A DNA stretch of 64,000 nucleotides from Mytilus edulis (Eukaryota). Position 1 is the first letter of the stretch; the number at the start of each line of letters is the position of its first letter. The notes under the pieces were generated by a model. The model was not told the origin of the DNA and ran no database searches. It saw only the letters and a program-made list of their open reading frames with translations. A program made the translations under genes and the position numbers. This document shows, piece by piece, positions 1-16,300 of this stretch. The stretch is from NCBI RefSeq assembly GCF_963676685.1, contig NC_092352.1, positions 71,052,001-71,116,000 of the forward strand, given 5' to 3'.

Positions 1-3000
1 CTGGTGGCGTAACAACTTGGTTATTGATGGGGCCATCTGCCCTTCCACCTGACTTGTTTTGTTATGACATGATTTAAAAGATATATTTCTGATTGTTAAT
101 TTTCATGTCATTGTGTATGAAAAAGTATTGTTTTAAAACTTATGTTGCATTATCGTGGATTCATTTGTTTTTGTGGTCACAATTTTTCATGGATATATAG
201 GATTGAGGAAAAATTATATTTTGTTGAACATTAAAATTGGTGGTTCAGACTGCAACTTTAATTACCAATGGTTTTGATGCTTTGAATTTTGTTTATTTTT
301 TGTCATTCTTAACTTTGATCATGAGCAAACAAGACGAAACTTATTCCAATCATGTCTTTCTAATTAAATTGGCTTGTGAAAATGTCACATATATACAGTA
401 TATTAGTACATTTTAGAAGAAAATTTGTATGAAAATAATCTTGATGTTTACTGTGTTGGAACAGCTTATGGAAAAATCATGTTACATAAAAATATAACTG
501 ACTCATAAATTTATTTTTACTGCCAGTCTTGCTTTCAAGAACCTTAATCTCTGATTGTATTACCAGCCTCACAATATATACAATGGACTTAGATGAGATC
601 GAATGTCCATAATCCTTTTTATCAAACATCTTAGAATTGACTTTAAGTAAGATTTATGGAGATAAATTTCGGACAGATATTAAAAGACAATAGGACAATT
701 AATCAGGATCGGCAATCTCAGGGACGAGACAAATTGTCATTGTAGTTTATAATATTTTCTTAACTTTCGTCAAAGCAGGCAATGAAGAGCTACATCAATT
801 TTGTCAACGGTATTCATAACGACAGAAAATCAATCCAATTGTTGCTTCCGTCCACTTTTTACGACTTTTTCCGAAATATCATAAAACAAGAATGTGTATT
901 GTGTTTCATTATTGGTATATACAGTAATTAAGATATATTTGCATCCTCGGTAAATTAATTGTCTACAAGTTGTCTGGAATAATTACTTTTTGGTCCTTGT
1001 CTTTAAAATTAGTCATCCACCTATATCAATTAATTGTAAAAAAAAAGACAATAGACTTGAAAATAAAAGCGGCATAATGTCTACATTTATTACTGCAGGG
1101 AATTGCCTGTCTTTTCCATGTCATCTGCAATCAACAACCATTTGAAGTAACTCTCCTAATAAGAGGTGAAAAAAGATCAAAACCATCTGACATTTATGCA
1201 AGTGCTATCAATTTGGGAAGAATCCTGTCTTTAAGATGAAATTGAAGATGATTCTAAATTTTGATATGAAATTTATATTTATTTCTTATTTATTGGTGAC
1301 TAATAGATATGTCAGAAAATGTGGTATGAGTGCCATAGGCAGTCTCCATCTTAGTCACAATTTGTAAAAGTTAACCATTTTATGTCAAAGTATGGCCTTC
1401 AACCTGGAGCCTTTGCTCACACTGAACAGCTAGCTTAAAGGTAAGGTTAGATTTTGATGTGTTAAAAAAAAAAGCATATAAATTTAAAAAGATTTTTCAC
1501 TCAAAATATTGAAAACCAATTTTAATAAATGCAATATTAGAAAAAAGAAAATAATGTCTTTGACAAAGATTTCCAAGAAAAAGTTTGACTGCATTTGTTC
1601 ATAGATTGAGGAATATTTAAATTCCAAGTGCAAAACTTTGCACTTTCGAATAATACATCCATTTTTGTGTGCGATATGCAGATTTTTGCAATTAAGTATA
1701 AAGGAATTATGTATGGTTGACCAAATAAACATTATTCTGACCATTAAGTCCAGAATTATTCTCTTATCATTAGCATACTTGAACGATTCTGTAGGACTTA
1801 GATTCTTTTGTCACGAGTCTTTCTTTTCACTATATGCAAATTAAGACAATTAGTTTTAGCACTTTCATGGACACAGTTAGGCAAATAGACATACTCTGAA
1901 CAATAAAAGCGTGTATAATTCTCTTATCAGGGACATTAGTGGTGAAAGCAACTGGCTCTTTTGTAAGTCTTAATCCTAAATCGAGTCATTTTTTAACAAA
2001 ATATGCAAATAAGTTCTATTAATTTTACATCCGATGTCCAGTCCTTTATTAACGATAGCAGCGATCAGCTGGTGCTTTCATTTCATTTTGAATTATTTTT
2101 TGTCACCCAATTTCCTTCAATCAGCTTGTAGTCGTCTTTAATAGAAAAAAGTATTTACGATCTGGAGACGGGAAAAGGTTGCAGAATTTTACAGCTCATT
2201 TGCTCGGGTTTTATTTTCTACCTATTGAGATTTTTAGAAGCCGTTAATGTCCGTCTCATGAATAAAAAGGAAAAGTTAAGACCATAATTGATGGCTTATA
2301 GTATCGTATTTCTCTCCGTGAAAGAGAACACCTATTAATAGCAATATAATTAGTGCTATGCAAATCTCCTCAATTCTTTTAAACAATAGTTAATCCCGTC
2401 AATTGCTTCCATATCTGCTCATTATAGCGCGGGAAATTGACCATTCTTCGGCAGCTGTTGTATAACGGCTAATGGCACTTGGAAAAAAAACATACTCTGT
2501 CTTCTTGTCATACAGGCGACAAGCTAATCAAATGTCAAAATTACATTTCTTGTAACTGAAAAATACAATTATTTCCTTTCTACCAACGTATGGAGATATT
2601 GATGCCTTTTATAGCGAAATGAGATTGTTAGTGTCAATAAAATGTACATCTTATCTAGCAGCTCAATATCGCCCAATTGCCTCCTAGAATTAAATGTTGT
2701 TTTCATTTTAATGGATTGACAGGAACGGAATTGTGATAAGAAAGGAAGGTGCTATCTCTCGTGGAAAATCTTTATGACGGTTACATGCTTGTTCTGTCTG
2801 CTATGAACGTTTGGAACCAGTTTTGACAGGAGCATTGTTGTAAACATTCTTTTTTTCCTTTTTATGTGCAGGGCAGCAGAAGGTTTGGTGTCGATGGAAA
2901 CACATTGAGTAGGAAGATTAATTCGAAATTAGAACACTTGAAAACAAGGAGGATGATTTAGTTCTTTTGAATTACTCATATTGCTTTCAGTTGAAAATCT

Positions 3001-6000
3001 GGCAAATTTGAGGGAAATGTCTTTGTAAAGCTTATACTTTGGCTGCTTATTTTTCAATCTGAAACAATTTTCAACCTTGATGAAAAAAAATGATGCCAGT
3101 GAGAATTGTTTAAAATTTTTTGTGCCTCTCAATTATATTTTCTTCTATTTTACATAATCTATCTAAATAATAATTTTAAGGTTTGATCGAATCAGTATCA
3201 AATCCATAATCAAGTTTATAATGGGTTAAATAGCCAAGGCTTCTGCTTATATGCAGTCACACATGATAAAAAAAAACCTTCTTGCTGGTGTTGAGTCTGA
3301 CACTGAGAGTCATGTTGATTTGGAGTGATAATAGACTTTTCCATTTTGGTCCAGTCATAGAATATCTTGTATACCAATCTTAATTTGAAGAAATATATTT
3401 CAGACAGTAAGTGGCATTAATCAGCCACTGTCACCAAAAACAGTTACCGGTACTTTTACTTTAAATAGAATTTGCCAATTATTTTGCACCAGATGTGCAT
3501 TTGGAGAAATAATATCTCTTCAATTATTATTTTTAAAACCTGAAATTTAAGTATTGGAAGAGGTAATCTAAACAAAAAAGCATAAAGTTGAACTAAAAAA
3601 AACTTGTTGAATCTATTTTTTTTTTTTAATTATATTATACTGTCAGAAAACTATACTTGTAAATAATTGAGAAAAATCGGCTTGCTTTTATCATATGAAG
3701 TTGAGGCTTGAACCAGTTTATATGGATACCAAAAACTCTCACTTTATATAGAAGGGATTTTTACCTATTAAAAAAAGAAACAACCAATGCCATAACAGGA
3801 TGTCTCTCTTGCACCTTGCCATGTATGGTTGGATGAGTTTAATTAAAATGCTAGAACTAATGTCTTTAATCGACTGTAAATAAATAAGCAACGTATTAAT
3901 TCCTGCATGCACTTTTCTTATCTAAATATTTAAGTGTACCGAATACCTGTATTTAATTAAATGACAACATGTTTTCTTGTGGTTTGACAATTTCTAACAA
4001 TCGGCCATAGAGAAAACATAAATTGATTACATACAAAAATTAGAATTTATTAACTTAGCGGGACTTATTTAAAAGTTATCAATTGAAGCCTGAATAGTTC
4101 CTCAATAAATGCTGCTCAACTGCGGTAAATTAATTAAAAAAGCATCTTATGAAAATGTGACATCATACGATCTCGTATGTCACTAGCTTATTGTAGTCGA
4201 CAAATTTGAACGGGTTAATTCAGTTCGGGTATAATGTTGATTAAGTAGAGGTTTTTCAGTTTATACGGTACATTAAACTTTATCTTAGGGTCATATCAAT
4301 TTTCATTGGGTATATCAACAATGTATGAATAAAGGGAAAATTTGAATATATGTGTTTATGTCAATTATTACATTAGTTATGACGAAAGAACTTGATTTCC
4401 CAGTCAAATAAAAGCCGATTATTTCAAATGTAAAATGTTTTTTGTAATTTCACTCTTCTGACATCATTCACCAGAAGACCTGAATATTGTTCCTTGCATT
4501 TTACTTTTTTTTTTAACATTCAATGTAAACGTAAAGACCTTTGGTTTTCCTGTTTGAATGGTTTTACACTAGTTGTTTTTTGAGCCCTTTAAAGGCTTTC
4601 TCTGTGAGCCCATTATTAGGCTCTTTGTTCAAGACCATGACTTTGACACCTACCGTATAATGGTTTACTTTTATAAATTGTAACTAATGGATGGAGAGTT
4701 GTCTCATTGTCACTCATGTAACAACATATTTTTATATCTAAATATTGCAAAAAAATCAACATTAAACTGACATGATCGAAACATCAGAATTTTATGCATA
4801 ATCTTAATGTTTGTCTAAGCATTTCCCTGACTTAAACTGATTCCATAGAAATTGAAACAATTATGTTTTTAACATCTGGATTTGAATTGCCTTGGAAAAA
4901 ACACTTCCAATGGTAATTTATTATTTAAGAAAATGGCTTGAAGGACTTCTTTCCAGGAATGATTCTAATAGTTTCCTTGAAAATTAATCAGAATTTTCTT
5001 ATGCAAGAAGCTCCGGGATGTTAATGTTCATTGTTTATCAAATGCAGGGAAGATGGGTATTTCTCCTGGGTACCTCGTAATATCCTTTGATTAGTGGAGC
5101 GCGGTCTGTTTGTTTGTGATTGTAGAAGCTTTTTAATGAAGCAGAACAAATCAATCAATGTTAAAGATTTTTTTTTTTTTTAAATTTTGAGTTAACAAAA
5201 ATCTTTTTTTTTTATTTTGGCTAGAGACATACTGCAATGAATTCAACAAAGACATTTTTCATTTTGATGGATTAAATTTTGTCAATAAAACAGTGTGATG
5301 TATTACAACCAGCTTTGTAAAGCATATATATCAAGCTTATAATATTTAATAAAAGGAAGCGTGGTATAAAAATATATGTCAACCAGAAAGCAACTCAACA
5401 ACAAAAATTAACCATCTGAATGACAACAGACAATTATCTTCAACAACAGATATATATGTCTGCAGCTTTTATTAAAAGTTGCCCAAAGCTGAGAATATAT
5501 TTAACAGTTGTAACTAAATCAAAGATCTGCAAATCAAATCACAAAAAAAAAACATATAAAAACAAAAGACTGAAAGATTATTTCTGAATCCTGATGCTCG
5601 AATAGTTTTCAATTAATTGTCTCAATATTTTGTTTCCCCTCTGGCTTTTTCATAGATTATGCATTTGAAAATGAAAATTGTCCAGCGCATCCATTATACC
5701 GCTCTTGAAAATAACATCTGAAAAGAAACATAAAAAATGAAGATTTTGAAATTCATATTTTTCCTATTATATTGTGAGATCTCTTATTTTTGGTTTTAAA
5801 TATTGATTTTTAATCATAAGTGGTTTGAAATCAGAAATAAAACTTCAAATTGTAAACAAAATAAATATTATTTTGCCCTGTTGGAATATGAATTGAAAGA
5901 AATAATTTCCCCCAAGGTTAGAAGGTTTGGCTGTAACACACTGAAGTGCTTGTATGTCCTGAATAATGGAAACAACAATAAATTTAATATTTTTAATTCT

Positions 6001-7294
6001 CGAATAAAAATTTCCAATTTTAGTGAATAACTAAGATCAACTTATATTGAAAAGACATAGTCCCTGGAAGGACCACTTGTAATTTGTCAACTATGTGTAA
6101 TTTTCAAGATTTGGTTGAAATGTACATATTAATTATCTTAATCTTTGAAATTTACATGTAGATCAAAAAGCTATTTGAATGATCTGGTTTGTTTAGTTTA
6201 CCAGATTAAAGTGTAATAAAACTGGAACAAATATTAAACAAAGGTTTGATACAGTATTGTAATCTGGCTTTTGTCTAATTATAAATCAGGAAATACCCCT
6301 TTGATATCTTTTCTTTATCTAAAAATAAACAAGATCAACATTAAAGGATTTTTACAATGCCCTGAAGGGACTTAACAGGACTATAATTCATAGAGACCAG
6401 TTTCTGTAGGATTCATAGCAATATTATTGAAAGATTTAAAAATTTATGAAATTGATATTAATTTTACTTTGAAGTTAATTTCTTTGAAATAGTTTCATTT
6501 ATAATGATCTGTTATTGAGATTCCTGATAATGTAATAACTTCCAGGTATTTGTGGCATTTATAAAATTTGAAAAGCTGAATGCAAATACTTATCGTTACT
6601 ACAGAAAAGGCTTGGGGCAAATTCTCTACTAACTTTTTGTCCAATGTATAGCATCTTCAGCTGCCTGTGTTTGTTCTGTTGAATTTCATATATGAATAAC
6701 ATTAACCTAAGATAAAGGTTTGGCCAATGGATTGTTAAGATATTAAACTCAATGAGAATTATAATTAGATCAATCTTGAGTTATTTGGGGGAATGAGTTA
6801 AATTGGGGTTGACTGAATCATCATAAATGATGTCATTAAACAATTGGTCTTACAATATCATTATGATAACTTGTAAGCATTGTGACATTAATAAATATAC
6901 TGAAAAAGAACAAATTTCAAATCCTAATAAACCTATTAACTTAAGAATGGAAATGGGGAATATGTCAAAGAGACATGACAACCCCAAACAAAGAGCAGAT
7001 AACTATTGAAGGACACTAATGGGTCTTCACAGGAGCGAGAAAATCACGCACCCCGACATTACAAGACTTCCTTTGTCAAAGAATTCTATTTTATAAAGTT
7101 GCATGTTAGACCTGCCTTAGTTAAACAGTATTTCTTATTCTCTCAGTGAGTGGTTGACATAATCAGAAGTTTTAGACGGCAATATATCAAAACTTCCTGT
7201 TTCTAAGAATTGTCAATTTTACAAAGTTGCATGTCAGACTTGTGTACATCTAATTAATGGTATAACCATATTGATGTTTAACTTTTCCTTTCAG

Positions 7295-7374
7295 ATGTGA
7301 CCTGGAAGTTCTATTTAACTGCCTGTTTGGAGTTGATTGAAGATGAATCTCAAACATTGACGGTCAGGGAAAAG
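7295..7374 (+). CDS. UTP6: UTP6 coding exon (VTWKFYLTACLELIEDESQTLTVREK)
   Basis: Polypyrimidine tract + tttcag acceptor, AAG|gtattt donor; HAT-type W..Y motif. Confidence 0.85.
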
Positions 7375-10300
7375 GTATTTTTTATAGCAATAATTCAACT
7401 TGACAAGATATTGGGTATATGTCAATGTGACTGTAACAAAATGACAAAAAGATGGAACATTTTTACTGAATCCAATGATAGATATTTGACTGTCTGCACA
7501 ATATCAAGCTGACTAAATGGTCGAAAAAAATTATAAAATGTTTTGTATATAAGAATAAGTAGATGTAGTATAATGATGGCAAGTTTATAAGACAATTATC
7601 CATCATAGTTCAAATGAAGTTGATGTAAGCAATTGTAGGCAATTGTACTGTCAACAATAAAAACATTTCGCTAAATTTTGATTGTGATGAAAAGACACAA
7701 CACAAAGACAAACAATGGAAAGCAATAAACAATAAACAAAAAAACAAAAATGAGAAACAGCAAAATTAAGACAACCATTCAATTATAGGCTCCTGGTTTG
7801 GGATGGCCTCATATAGAATATTGTAACTAATCATAAATATTATACCATATAAATAAAATGAAACATTTCAGTTTAACTTGATCAGATAACATCAAAATCT
7901 CTTTTTTGGACTCTTACTACATTTTAGAAATATATTGCAGTTTATTGTGACAACAGTCTAGTTGCTATAATTATAAAAATCAAGATAGATTGGGATTTAA
8001 GCCAATTGCGGCAAAAATGTAAATTTTAGAATAATTAAAATCACTTAGGATTGGTAAAGAAGTGAAATTTCATGTACAAAGTTTATCTTAATCAATTATC
8101 ATGAGCAAAACTTTAAACTGTTTTTATTAGGTGTATTGTTAGGGAGACAAATTCTTGTGTGGTTTCTTTTTTTATTTGGGTATTAGTGAACAAATTTTCT
8201 CATTTCTAAGGCCCAAATGACAAATGACTTGTAATAGCGTTGTCATTTTAAATTACATGACATTTATCGTGATTTCAATTTATTTTCATTCACGATTGTT
8301 CACGTTAATTTCATTGCCACTACTAGAATGGTTAAGAGTGCATTACTTTTGTGAAATACAGGAACGCGAACGAAATAAATTGCTTTTAAAATCCGTTTTT
8401 CTGCAGCTTTCTTTTCAGGGTTTATGTTGATTTTACAATTTAATCTTTCGCTGAAGAAGTCCAGATTACAATAAAAATTGTAATTAACGAGATATAATTT
8501 TCTGGGGTTATTTTCGATTAATTCATTACCGATGGAAAATGACAGATGCCAAGTTTACTCTTTTTAAGGAATTAATAAAGTTATTGTCGGAACCTAATCA
8601 TGTGATTGCTGATTTCATCAAAATTGTCAGTCTTAATATACAAGCTGTATATTAAATCATACAGGTTAATTACATAATTAGTTGTAATTATACAAGTGAC
8701 TTATAAAATTGAGAATGGAAATGGGGAATATGCCAGAGACAACAACCCGACCAAAGAGCAGACAGCAGCGAAGGTGTAATTGTTATGATATGAATATTAA
8801 TAAATCATAATTAATTTAAACTTATCATTTTTATCATAATTGATTATTTAAACTTTGAAATGATTTGTTTATTTATGAATATGGCATTTTGGTTCCTTTC
8901 GACCTGCTTTGAGTTGTGTGTTGCCCTTCTTGTCATCACAGCTGATATAGCCAATTTTAATGTTTGATGTGGAGACTGTCTGGGTGGACATTTCTTAAAA
9001 ATAACAGAGACAACCAAATAGCTTGTCAGACTTATCATGTGTGTTTTTCTTGTTCTAAACATTCAAAAAAGAACTAAAAAATGATTGTGCATGCTCAACA
9101 TATTTTTTGGACTAACTTTAAACACAGACACACAGGTCCAGACTTATTAAATTGTTATTGTACTTTTAAAATAAGACTGCAGTCCAATAAAATCTAGCTA
9201 AAATTGAGCTTCAGACCTGAAATTCAAATGACGTATTATGAAGACTGATTATGTAGCTTATGGTACCAAAAGTTCGGAAATCTAAAATTATAAATCTTCT
9301 TGAGAGAATGAAACTGAAAGGTCTTTTAAGTGCTACAGCCTGATTCATCATGAAAAAAACATGTCAATTACCACTGGTCAAAGTTACGGTAAACTCTGAA
9401 AATATTGTTATGTTTTTGTTAGTGCGAAAAATGTGACAGGGATATAATTGCAATAATTTAAACTCCTATTTTCAAATTTTTTATATGAATAAAACAGGAT
9501 TTTTCTCAATATCGCAAAATATAAAATCGCATTTTAGTCTAAAATGACGAAATCGCAATGATTTCCGAATTTACAGTACCAAAGCAATGGCTGGTACAGT
9601 ACATGCAGGAACTGGTAGTCTACCAACAGCAGTACATATATTTACAGATTTTTACTTAAATTACAAGGAATATAAATGACATAATTGTAATCATGTACTA
9701 TCTACTCCCTGACAAATAAAACTCAGAAATATATCGAATAGTGCATAAAAAACAACCTTAAATAGAGAGTTTCAAACTGATCTGTCCAATAAACTTCTCA
9801 GTGTCAGTGAGATTAAGTCCTTTCTCTTTTATTTCTATCTAATCCTATTTATATGTTGAGATTTGAAGAAGTCCGTGTTGGTCCGTCGAATCTGTTTGAT
9901 TTTCAGATAAACAAACAAAAAATATACTACTTCAGTATTGACATATCAATTACATAGTGCTTGTTTACCTATTTGCAAATTTTCTGGCAAGTCATATGAA
10001 AGTAGACGATTATCCACGAAAAATAAACCATTATCTACGACAGTCCTGAGTATCACTTTCTAATTTGAAAAGATCGTACAAATCCCCATTAGAATCAAAC
10101 ATTGGAGAAGATTTATATATAGATTCTTGTATTATATTATGTTTATAATACGATCTTTGTTTAGGTTGAAATTTCATCTTTATTTGCATATGTGGTTAAA
10201 TGAAACTTGAGACTGGGTTTTCAGAAGTTGCGAAGAAGAATGATGTCTAGTGGTGGAAATCCTGCCGAGAGTTTGATTGACTCAGTTTAAAAAATGATTC

Positions 10301-13300
10301 TCAGTTTATTATAACATAATACAGTGTATATTTATTCATTTATTTTTATGAAAAAAATCTGTTGAGTAAAATTTTGCACCTGACATTTTTTCTTGAGATG
10401 CTTGTAATAAGTCCGTGTAGGAAAATATTTACTGACATATGGAATGTTACTGGTCTAAATTTTCCCATTGAATTGTTTCCGGTCTGTCGATGTTTGTTTT
10501 TTAGGATGATTGTTCTTTAATGAATGCTTATAACATTAACAGTACCAATTTTTCAGCACCAGATATGCTTTTCAACAACAAATGTCTCTTTTATAGTGAT
10601 GATTAAGGCCAAAATATTTGAAAATACAAAACTTTTTGATAATAAAAAAGTAGAAAGGACAAAAATATATTATCAAAATTATAAAAATAATTTGATGAAA
10701 CATTTGAATGATTTTAATTTCATATCATTAGTATTTTCTTTGTTCCAGAGGATCCACAAAGTATTGAGCCTGTTTGAATCAGCTGCCAAGGGAGACTTCT
10801 TATCAGACGATCTGTATTTAAAATGGGTATGAAATAGCATATATCTAAATATGATTAATAGATATGTGGTATGTAATAATTGCCAATGAGATAACTACTC
10901 ACTAGAGACCAAAGGATGTGGATGTCAGCAAAAAAACTCATCATATTAACTAGGGTTGAATTTTTATACCCCCGCTTTGAAAAAGGGGGGGTATACTGTT
11001 TTACCTCTGTCAGTCCGTCTGTGCATCCGTCCCTTCATGTGTCCGTCAGTCTGTCCCTATTCAGGTTAAAGTTTTTGGTCAAGGTAGTCCAATCAACTTG
11101 AAACTGTAAGTACACATATTCCCTATGATATGATCTTTCTAATTTTAATGCTAAATTGGAGTTTCTACCTTACTTTCACGGTCCACTGAACAAAGAAAAT
11201 GATAGTGCAAGTGGGGCATCCATGTACTTGGGACACATTCTTGTTTTCATCCAAAGTCCTGATTTTTTTTCTACAAAAACTACTACATAACAATGAAAAT
11301 ACTTAGGACAGTTACTACAAATTGTTTAGAATAAAGACAAATGAAAGACGTGAGTTTAAGCAGTATGGATTCTATAGGAATTAAAAGAAACATCTGATCC
11401 TAGTGTTCCAGATAAGTCTTATGTTCTTCAGCTACCCCTATTTGGATTGATTGATTGAGTTTTTGTGTTTTAATGCCACTTTCACCACTGTTGGCTATTA
11501 TTTGGCTAGTTTTTAGTAATGGAGGAATACAGAGTGTCTGGAGAGAACCACCTACCTTCAGCAGGAAAATTTGCAATACTACCTAGTCAATTATGATTGG
11601 GTCAAATGACCAGCGTAAAGTGGATTTTGCAACTTGTAGAATTGAAAAAGTTTCTCTATTTTAGCTCACCTACTAAATTGATCAATCTGAGCTATAACAT
11701 AAGATAATGTCATGAGAAATTTTCATTTTTTATGGCCCTGCATTCCGTCATTCGGCAACAAACCATTATAAAGAATTTTTATCTAAACGCCTTCAGATAT
11801 TGTGCTGATTTTTGGCATGTCAGTTAACCATGATGAGTTACAGATCAAGTTTAGGTTTCATTTCCGCTCAACTCATTTCTGCCAAAATTACAGGTTTTGG
11901 ACTTTGATAAATTGTTGAAAATCACAGTTATACAGACTATTTGTCTGTACGCCTTCAGATTTTGAGCTGATTTTTGATTTATGAGACTACCATCATGTTT
12001 GTGTCCACATGTGTTGTTGAAATTGCAGATTTTCTTTACTTTTTTGAGGTGGTATCATTCGTGTCGTTTTGACACATTTAGTTTTTTTTAAATTTTACTA
12101 ATCTTTTTTCAGATCAAAGTTTTGGTCAATGTTGGTTTGGTGGAGACAGCACTACAGACTGTACAAAGGACAGTATCCCAACATGCATTGAGTATGTTAC
12201 TATGGAGACAATATTTACTGCTGAGCATGAGAACACAGTGTGATGTCACAGAAGCAATTCTTATATTTAAAGAGTCACAGAAACATGTACCTGAAAAGGT
12301 TGGTGTCTTAAAATTATTAGAGCTAATTTTTGTATAGTATTTTGACTATGGTTGGCTATAGCTTGCATTGATTGTATAAATGATTGTTAAAGCATTGTAA
12401 TTAAGAGTGACATCTGCATACAGATAGATAGGCATAGTTATCCTGTATATGTTATATTTAAATTTGATTGGGTGTCATCCTAATTACAATTGTACAATAT
12501 ACAAACAAAGCAAGCAAGCTCTTGAATAAGATCTGCTTCACTCACTCGAAATTAAAACAACAGTCCTCTCTTTACTTCAAAATACCAATATTGTGTTGGG
12601 CCTTTTCAAAATTTTGGTTGTCATCACTTTTCTAGAACTCTTCATATCTGGCAAAAATCTTGGAGTGTTGTAGTTTACCATGAAGTCGTGGACACATCAT
12701 CTTGAAACTTTATACATGTGTAATGATATGAATAAAACAGATATAAGTAAAATTAGGGTTTGAACCCAGAATTTGAAGTTCACTATACATGAAAATGTGA
12801 TAGTCAGTTGGATTTGGTATCCTATGGACTAGGTTTTATTCTAATCTTTCTTTGAAGCTGTCTTTGTTCCAGTAACCTTAATTGTGACTTGCATGTTAGT
12901 GTGTAATATGCATTCTTCAAATAACTATGTAACAATATTTGGTAAGAATTAAAAGAAAAAAACATTTTTGTACATATTTCACATCTTACATTTAATTCAA
13001 AGTAAATGTGAATGATCAGCATGATGCCCTCCCATATAAACCCATTTTTGGCCTTTGACCTTGGATTATTGTGCTGAATCAATGCACCAACCATTCTTGG
13101 TGCATTTGCGGTGGAATTTGCGAGATAATTTTTAATTAAATTTTAAATATTTATTTCAGTATAATTAATTGAAATCACACGAAAAAAATATTAACTTTCA
13201 CTATAATTATCAAATTTGTCTGGCAAATTGAAATATACACCCCTTTTAAATATCCAAACAGTCGTCCCTTTCATGAAAGTCTTTACATTAATTTTTAGCA

Positions 13301-16300
13301 AGTTCTCATTTTTAAAACTAAAACTGTTTCTTTTGTGTCTCATTGGAAAAGATATTTGTTTTGTCAAATAAGAAATCGTATGTTTATTTTCGCACCTGTC
13401 ACTTAGAGTTATTCAATCAGTAAAGGAATAAACATGTGTATCTGTCTCGACCAATCAAGCAGAACCAGTGCTGTTATTAAGGTCACGACACAACAAGATT
13501 GATAGGTGATATCAGGTAAAATAAATATCGTGGGAATATTGAATTGATGAGAAAGTCTTCAAGATTATTTTTTTTGATAATTTTATTAGAAAAAAATCAA
13601 TTCTTAAGTATTTTTACTAAGTGGATTTTTATTTGTTTTTGTTTTTTCTGATCCAAAATTTGACTGAGCTATAATACTCACAAGAGCATGTACTCAACTT
13701 TAGAGATTCAACTCCAAAGTTCTATTTATCACATGGTGTATATTTTTTTTGCTCATTTCCTTATTTAAGGTAAAAATTTCACAAATACCCCTTTGTATAA
13801 ATTGTTCTATAAAGAAAATTAGATGAAACAAGTGCAGAAATGAAATAAAACATTTTACAGATTGTTGATACTGTTTATTATATTGGTGAGATCTAAGGTC
13901 AAGGTTTTCCAATAATATCTCAAAGTTGGGATGTCAAGAGTCATTTCTCCTCCTAGAAAATACAAATACAACTAACGTTAAGACCATTATTTAACAAATT
14001 TTGGAATAAAGCTAGCCCAAGAGATTTGTTTAATACAAATGTTTGATTTAGTCTTTAATACACATTGTTAATTGTATGTTTCATTTGAATAATTAATCAA
14101 AGTTTATAAACCAAAACATGAGTCGCTTTTTTTGTATTGCCTCACAATTAAAATTGATTCTCATCAAGTTCAATTATCTAATCTTTGCAATTCTAATTTT
14201 GCTGGTCTTTTGTCCTGGAGCTACCTCCCATTATAACATTATTTTTTTAAATATGGTTAGGAAGCAATATCATTGTACACAGAATGGTCACAGCTTGTTG
14301 AATTTCCAGTAAGAGGCAAAATTCTTTTACTCAAATAGGGATCTAATTTTTAGACACAAAGATTGAAAAAATACTCCAGATGCTTGTGAAAGAAATTTAA
14401 CAATTTGGATAAGTATGCAGGGGTTACCGTTAAACATGTTAGCAGGATCCCAACCCTCCCCTAACCTGGGACAGTGGTATAACAGTACAACATAAGAACG
14501 ATTATATACTGTTTTACTTATAAGGATAAAATTGATTTTGTTTGAAAAGTGCAATCAAGGAAAAATTTCATGTAATTTTATTAAACGATTCTTGCACTTT
14601 AACCGTGAGCGACTCACTATTAAATTAGAGAGACATGCATTGTGATCTCCTCACCGCACAGCATGACAGATTTTAAAGATGAAAAACTGAATTATTCACA
14701 AATATTGAATTTTAAAAGGAAAACATGTCAGAAGCATTGTCAAGTCACGTCTAACAATGGGTAGACGACTGGGAGGGGCAACTTCACTATATTATGAGAG
14801 AATTATCAGCTGCCAGGTACAAACATTTATAGAGGTCTGTAGGTTTGGGTAAAGTCAATAATTAAAAAGACGAAAATGTACACGGTATTGTTATCAGAGC
14901 TCCTGCGATGTTTACTTTACCCAGTCTGTAACTGCAGGAATAGATAATGTTTGTTTACTTTTCATTGTTGGGTCTTCACTGTACAAACTTGTTGAAAACT
15001 GTTGTATTGGTAAAAGGATAGACCTATTGTAGAAGTTTTAAAAGAAAACAAGTTGATCGCAGGCTCTTCAGAATGTATGAAGGTCATTTATTTTGAAAGG
15101 GTTGGCAGGTACAGATTTTGTATTAAATTAACAGACATATTTTAATCGGTTACCTTGTACAAGAAATTGCACAGTAGGATAACAAAAAATTTTGTAACAC
15201 TTTTCTCTAATTTTAACTTCTATATGTTAATATACCAGTACTTTTTTTATATTTACATATCTGTGTCTTGTATTAGAAAATTCTTGTGTATAGAAATAGG
15301 AAGATGTGGTATGAGTGCCAATGAGACAACTCTCCATCCAAGTCACAATGTGTAAAAAATAAACAGTCATAGGTCAAAGTAAGGCTTTCTTCACAGAGCA
15401 TTGGCTCACACCAACAAGCAATTTATAAAAGGCCCCAAAATGACTCGTTTTAAACAATTCAAACAGGAAAACCAAAGGTCTAATCTATGTTTAATTTTCG
15501 TCAGTTTGAAGGTAGACATTTCACCGCAAAATTTTTCTCTTCACAAAAATTTCAATGTTCATTTAAAATGCATTCTGGAAGGCCATCAAAAAGAGTTTTT
15601 GTGTATCATATTTTTGGTCTTATTAATAAAAAGAAACAGTTTTTCTATCGTTTAATGTATGAAATAACATTTTCCTTGTGAATCATTCTGACAGAAAATA
15701 TTGACTTCCACCAAAATGTAACGTAATCACTCTACGGAATATAATTTGCTTACTGCCCATTCATGCTTTTGTTTGGACACCTGACCCTTTGTCAGATAAA
15801 ATCAGTTTACATGTAACATTATAGTGATACATAATTGTTTTTATTTGTAGTCTAAAGTGCTAGACCTCATGTATTGTCTTTCTTTGGAGATTTTATTGAC
15901 ACATTTTCAATGGCTGCCATGTTTGCATAACTTTTAATTGATTTTGAAACAATGGTTATTCCATAATTGGCAGGATTTGTTTAAAAGTCAGTTTCTAAAA
16001 TTACAAATATAGTTGAGTCCGTGTCATTCAAGATCTATAGTACTACATAATAACTTTTCAGCTTAACAAACATTCAAGTGGTCCTGAATACCAAGTCACT
16101 TATGATGTTTTATTTAGCATCAATTGATCTTGGATACAGTCCGGATATATGCAAATTGACAGTTGTAATGAAGCCGCGGAACTATTAAAAGGCAATTTAC
16201 CTAGAAGTCGCCTGTCCAAACAAAGTTTAATGCATAAAACAACGATCAGTAAAAATTTAAAGTGAACTGTTTTCCTTTTCTTGTCAGCATAATGCATGGA

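Noticed and set aside
2872-2961. Possible extra UTP6 exon after a strong acceptor (ttttatgtgcag)
   Set aside because: The translation shows no UTP6 similarity, hits a stop, and no matching donor is evident.
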